DNA from: Naegleria gruberi
Taxonomy: Eukaryota
NCBI GenBank assembly: GCA_000004985.1
Contig: GG738892.1
Strand: one strand, 5' to 3'
Length of the DNA: 64,000 nucleotides
The notes under the pieces were generated by a model. That model saw only the letters and a list, made by a program, of their open reading frames with translations. It had not been told where the DNA came from and made no database searches. This document shows, piece after piece, positions 59,685-64,000 of the stretch. Within the stretch, counting starts at the first letter, position 1; every line of letters starts with the position of its first letter. The translations under genes were made by a program, and so were the position numbers.

Positions 59685-59889
59685 TAATTCATTTAACCAA
59701 ATTGTAAATATTACGAAATCAGATAACCGAAATTGATAAACTCAATTTTAAATAATTTGAAATAGTTTGATAATTATTTCAACACTAACACGGAATATAA
59801 ACATTAACACAATTTCACTAATTAAATATAATTAATTCAATATTAATTTTCAACAAGTTGAATCATTTAAATTTTCGAAACCTAAAAAA

Positions 59890-61633
59890 ATGTCTGCAAT
59901 CACAAACGACGGAAGTTCCATCATTCAACAAGAAGTTTCAGTCTCAAGCTCCTCTCAAGGAACCTATCGATGCTTGAGTAGACACTTGGATGAATACAGT
60001 GTCGAACAATTTGATGCTTGTTATAAAATCAAGGAATCCGTTGATATCATCATCAAGAATGGATTCAAGAATGTAGCCTTGCAATTTCCTGATGAATTAC
60101 TCTCGGATGCATCACTTGTTTCCTTTCAATTAAAGTATTATTATTCAAAATATAAATTAGCTTCCTCATCATCGGAAGAAAATAGTACAGAGAAACAATC
60201 AGAACCATTGATTGGAGATATTGAAGATTTTTCAAATCATTCATCATTATCATTACTTTCCCAATTATCAATTGATTCTGAATTTTCAAAGAAGGCATAT
60301 GATACTGAATATTTGAGAGTGTATGTTCTCGGAGATACCTCTTATGGAAGTTGTTGTGTTGATGAAGTTGGAGCTCAACACATGCTCTGTGATTTTATTA
60401 TTCACTATGGTAATGCTTGTCTTCAACCGTAGGTTTTTATTCTCTCTTTAATAGTTGACCAATTATAATAATAGAGTTAAGAGAACACCAGTCTATCACG
60501 TTTTTGGAATGAATTATAAGTTGGATATTAATCAATGTTTGGAGAATTTGAATAAGTTTGTTGATGAAAATAGTGAAGGAGAAGTTATTGTGATTTATGA
60601 TTTGGTAAATTATGAGAGAATTAAGAAGGAATTAATTCCTTTGGTTACATCGGATCGTGTCATCTTTTCAAGATTGTACGATTCTAGAGTTTTACAGAAT
60701 GTTAGTGAAAGTACAGTGACTGAAATTGGAGAAAATGAAAACAAGATTAGTAATCAAATTTTCCCAAAGCCAAGTGAAAAAGCTCGTTTCTTCTTCATTG
60801 GAGAATTGGGCTCATTTATTACACAATTTATGGTTGAGCACAATACACATACATTCAAAGTATATTCTGCCTACAAGAACAAGATTGAAAGTGATGGAAG
60901 TGGAACAATTTCTAGAACTTTGGGAAGAAGATTTGCCATGGTTCAAAAAGCTAAGGAATCTCAAGTTTTTGGTATTCTCGTTGCAACAGTTTCTGTTGAG
61001 AATTATTTAAAGATGGTTGAATATGTCAAGAGACTCATTATCGATAACAATAGAAAGTTTTATTTATTCTTTGTTGGTAAACTTAACGTTCCAAAATTGG
61101 CCAACTTTATGGAAATTGACATGTTTGTGTTGATTGGATGTTCACAAAATTCATTAATTGAATCTAGAGAATATGTTAAACCAATTATTACTCCATTCGA
61201 ATTGGAATTAGCTCTTAAATATGGCAAGGAATGGACAGGATATTATCAACTCGATTTTAACAGAATTTTCGAAGACGACAATTGTTGTAGTGAAGAACCA
61301 ATCAGTAATGAAGAAACTGAAGAGGATAGATATGAAGTTTCGCTCATGAGTGGCTCTGTATACCGAGTTGGAAAATCAACAGCATCAAGTAAGGAAGTTC
61401 TCTTGAGTAAGGATGATGGAAAATCACTCATCCTCCAACAACAGCAACAAAATCAACTCATGGAAACTCAATACACACCTTCAATGCTCTATCTCAAGAG
61501 TAGAACCTATAAAGGACTGGGTCAGGATGCAGAAGATGAAGACGAGTCTGCCAATTCTCAAACTTTTGCAACCATTGAAAAAGGAAAGACTGGTATTGCA
61601 TCCAATTATGTTGATGAACCAAAACTCAAATAA
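59890..61633 (+). CDS. DPH2: Diphthamide biosynthesis protein 2 (DPH2). Two exons, with an intron of about 58 nt at about 60429..60486.
   Basis: [55 protein letters not shown] and [19 protein letters not shown] match the human DPH2 blocks RVALQFPDQLLGDA, ILGDTAYGSCCVD..HFGPACLSP and LANFPEVDVFVLLACP as I recall them. Confidence 0.78.
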
Positions 61634-61867
61634 AATAAATGGTGGAAGTGAAATTTTTTAATTGATTGGTCATTAATCGTCAGCAAGCTTTTTTTTTAAA
61701 TTTTAAAATTAAATCTAATAATATTTGCTAAATTTGGATTACAAATCAAAATAGGACATTATATTTTAAACGGTTCCAAGTTCTGTCACAGATATCTATT
61801 ACAACATGCCAAACTTTTCAATTTGATGATGACTTTCTAATAATGAACAAAAAACAAACTTCAAAAA

Positions 61868-64000
61868 ATGGCACCAAAGAAGAAAGACAGCATTTCAAAG
61901 AGAAAGCTGTCACTTCCTGCTGCTTCTGCATCACCAATTGCTAGTAGCAGTGAAGGAACATTAGAATCACCACATTCGAATACATCAGATCTTTCTTTAA
62001 CACCACATTTAAACTTCCGATCATTATCAATAATAGAAAACGATGATCACCAATTAGTGTTGGAATCTCCAATGATGAATCACAACTTGAATTATGAAGA
62101 ATTAATTTCTCCCTCTTTGAATAACATTTCGAATACAACAAATATTGTAAATATTGTGAATAATACAATAGTCAGCACCACAACACCAATTACTACATCC
62201 TCCACTCCCACTACCACCACAACAACTATTACTACTACTAATATTTCTTCAACTCCTAACATTACAACAACTCCAAATCTTCACATTTCACAAATTCCAT
62301 CATCACTTGGTGAATTGCCGACTGATATTATTTATTATGTGATTGGTTTTCTGGATTTGAAAGATGTTTTGCATTTTCGTTTGAGTTTCAGATTGTTTCA
62401 TATTTTGGCTGAAAATGAATGGCAAAGATTTTATAAATCAGTTTGGCAGGTAGCCCATCGTTTGGTATTTTGGGATTTTAGTGATAATCATTCGAATAAT
62501 AATCATTTTTCTAAACGTGGAAGTATTATTGATTTTTCTAATAAGGGAATTTATTCAACTCATTCAATTTTGGAGTATAATAATCCATGGAAAGATTTAT
62601 TTATTGAAAGATTTAGAATAATTCATGAAAATACTTCACCTTCCAATAAGAAGAAACTTGGAATTTTCTCTCCCAGAAATACTTCAAGTGAGGATTACAT
62701 TGAAAAAGGATATAGACACGTGTATAGAAATGAATATACGAAAGCAATTCAATCATTTGAGAAAGCTATTTCATTAGATAGAGGTGGAAGTGCAAGAGCT
62801 TGGGAAGGTCTTGCAAAGATTTGTTGGCAAAGAGATTTACCTCAATATGTGATTGTTTATGCAGAAGAAGCTCTCAAATGCAAACCAGTCAATCCTGGTG
62901 AGCTGTTCTTTATTAGAGGAAAGGCGTTGATGAAATTACAGAGAATTGGAGAAGCTTTACCTGATCTCACAAAGGCTGTTTCATTGCTAACAATGTCACC
63001 AGTCAATTATCATTTATTTTTAAAAATTAGTGAAGTTTATTATGAGAGAATGATTTGTCACTTGGAACTTGGAAACATTCAACAAGCTTTTTCAGATGCA
63101 GAGACAATTATTACAACAGACAGGTGTTTTGAAACTGATTGTTTTTTCAAAGCTGCCAAGCTGCTATACGAAAAGCAACAATTTGAAGATGCTGAAAAGT
63201 TCATGAAGAGCCAATATGTGAAAAAGACCCCAGAATTTTATTTACTCTATTTACAAATAACAAGTGCAACTGGAAATTATGTAGAGTCACTGAAACATTT
63301 GAAATCCTTTGAGGAGTTGGAAGAGAAGAGGAAATCCAATACTTTTAACTATGCTCCAACAAAGATCAACAAGGAGTCAAATATTGATATTGGAATAGTA
63401 TTATTGATGAATAATTGTATCCATCAAGCTGTAGAGTACTTCTCAAAGGGAGCCCTTTTAAGGAGTGGCAACCATAATGAAACATCACCACCTACAATTG
63501 GAGTCAATGCTAATTCAGAGGATTACATGTTCAGCTCTTTGCTGCGAAGAAGCTCTCTTTCGTTCGCTTTCTCACCCAACAAGATTATTGATGAAGAGGC
63601 AACAAGAAGGGCAAAACTCAAAGTAATAGAGGCATCCACACGCCAAACTGTAGAATATTCCAACTATTTTGGCACGAGTAATATCAGCTCGTGTATAGAT
63701 ATTAACATGGCATGGAGCTTTTACTATTTATTGCTGGCTCTATTGTACTATTGTAGAAATACTGTTTCATTTAATATTTCAAAGAATAGGTGGTCGTCTT
63801 CATCGGCTGCCTTTTCACCTCGATCCACCACTTCTCAACTTCTCTCTTTGGAAGGGGAATATGCAGAAGCTACTGGATCAGCATCGAGGATGATCTTACT
63901 CATCAAGAGTCAGAAAAATCATGTCTATCAACAGAGAAAAATGTCTCTGAGATTTATCAACGAATATTTGGAGAATGATTTGAAAAATTCAATCACCAAC
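61868..64000 (+). CDS. F-box / TPR-repeat protein. The 3' end is beyond the window.
   Basis: The frame is open from the ATG at 61868 to the window end. The ORF track omits it because there is no stop in the window. It has an F-box-like LPTDIIYYVIGFLDLKDVLHFRLSFRLFHIL and TPR-like repeats (..YIEKGYRHVYRNEYTKAIQSFEKAISLD..). The N-terminus is Thr-rich. Confidence 0.5.
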   Translation, partial: MAPKKKDSISKRKLSLPAASASPIASSSEGTLESPHSNTSDLSLTPHLNFRSLSIIENDDHQLVLESPMMNHNLNYEELISPSLNNISNTTNIVNIVNNTIVSTTTPITTSSTPTTTTTTITTTNISSTPNITTTPNLHISQIPSSLGELPTDIIYYVIGFLDLKDVLHFRLSFRLFHILAENEWQRFYKSVWQVAHRLVFWDFSDNHSNNNHFSKRGSIIDFSNKGIYSTHSILEYNNPWKDLFIERFRIIHENTSPSNKKKLGIFSPRNTSSEDYIEKGYRHVYRNEYTKAIQSFEKAISLDRGGSARAWEGLAKICWQRDLPQYVIVYAEEALKCKPVNPGELFFIRGKALMKLQRIGEALPDLTKAVSLLTMSPVNYHLFLKISEVYYERMICHLELGNIQQAFSDAETIITTDRCFETDCFFKAAKLLYEKQQFEDAEKFMKSQYVKKTPEFYLLYLQITSATGNYVESLKHLKSFEELEEKRKSNTFNYAPTKINKESNIDIGIVLLMNNCIHQAVEYFSKGALLRSGNHNETSPPTIGVNANSEDYMFSSLLRRSSLSFAFSPNKIIDEEATRRAKLKVIEASTRQTVEYSNYFGTSNISSCIDINMAWSFYYLLLALLYYCRNTVSFNISKNRWSSSSAAFSPRSTTSQLLSLEGEYAEATGSASRMILLIKSQKNHVYQQRKMSLRFINEYLENDLKNSITN

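Noticed and set aside
60427-60454. A 26-28-nt micro-intron joining the two DPH2 ORFs.
   Set aside because: Splicing at the nearest AG (60454) leaves an in-frame TGA. Using the next AG (ataatag at about 60486) gives a 58-nt GTAGGT...AG intron that keeps the frame (..NACLQP|[12 protein letters not shown]..), consistent with the other intron sizes here.
28776-60460. Methionine starts shown in the ORF track for the 28776..29003 and 60455..61633 ORFs.
   Set aside because: The underlying codons are GTG and TTG (alternative-start translation in the track). In this eukaryotic context they are internal exon codons, not initiators.
1-64000. Reading the six-frame ORF track as prokaryotic genes, operons or a defence island.
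   Set aside because: Conserved proteins (Rpt1, SUMO, GluII-beta, POLD2, CISD, Zn2Cys6) are only recovered by joining ORF pieces across short GTAAGT...AG introns. The genes are eukaryotic housekeeping genes. There are no Shine-Dalgarno-spaced co-directional gene arrays.
1-64000. CRISPR arrays.
   Set aside because: No regularly spaced identical direct repeats with unique spacers. The only tandem repeat (40730-40830) is degenerate with a variable unit, and the duplicated 140-bp tRNA units are 2.1 kb apart.

Overview
This window is eukaryotic nuclear DNA, not prokaryotic. It is AT-rich (coding about 35-40% GC, intergenic much lower). Genes are split by short GT-AG introns of about 45-230 nt with GTAAGT-like donors, and are tightly packed: about 45 genes in 64 kb, on both strands, with some 3' ends only 5-12 bp apart.

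Homology I could read directly from the translations identifies the following genes. All product names are from my own recall of these protein families; no database was searched.
- Housekeeping: proteasome ATPase Rpt1/PSMC2, V-ATPase subunit a, SUMO, GET3/ArsA, DNA polymerase delta subunit 2, glucosidase II beta subunit, translin, DPH2.
- Enzymes: a Nudix hydrolase, an SDR oxidoreductase, a lysosomal-acid-lipase/sterol-esterase-like lipase, a CCR4/nocturnin-like EEP nuclease, a CrtI-like phytoene-desaturase-family oxidoreductase, a gamma-glutamylcyclotransferase-like protein.
- Other: a CDGSH iron-sulfur protein, an EF-hand protein, an epsilon-tubulin fragment, a fungal-type Zn2Cys6 transcription factor, several F-box proteins (one with RNI-type LRRs, one with TPRs), and two identical tRNA-Ala(UGC) genes.

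An epsilon-tubulin (centriole-associated) together with a Zn2Cys6 factor and the CrtI-family gene suggests a compact-genome, AT-rich, probably zoosporic early-diverging fungus or close relative. The organism cannot be established from sequence alone.

Three N-runs are assembly gaps that truncate genes.

Most worth a second look:
- two consecutive 9-nt microexons inside the Zn2Cys6 DNA-binding domain;
- a duplicated tRNA-Ala unit bracketing a 2.1-kb gene segment;
- an intronless Cys-cluster ORF with GC-rich repeat-bearing flanks that may be a mobile-element ORF;
- tandem paralogues sharing an unassigned basic motif;
- a predicted tail-anchored Cys-rich protein abutting GET3;
- a CISD protein with a CDGTC variant site;
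- enrichment of F-box genes.

No CRISPR arrays or operons are present.
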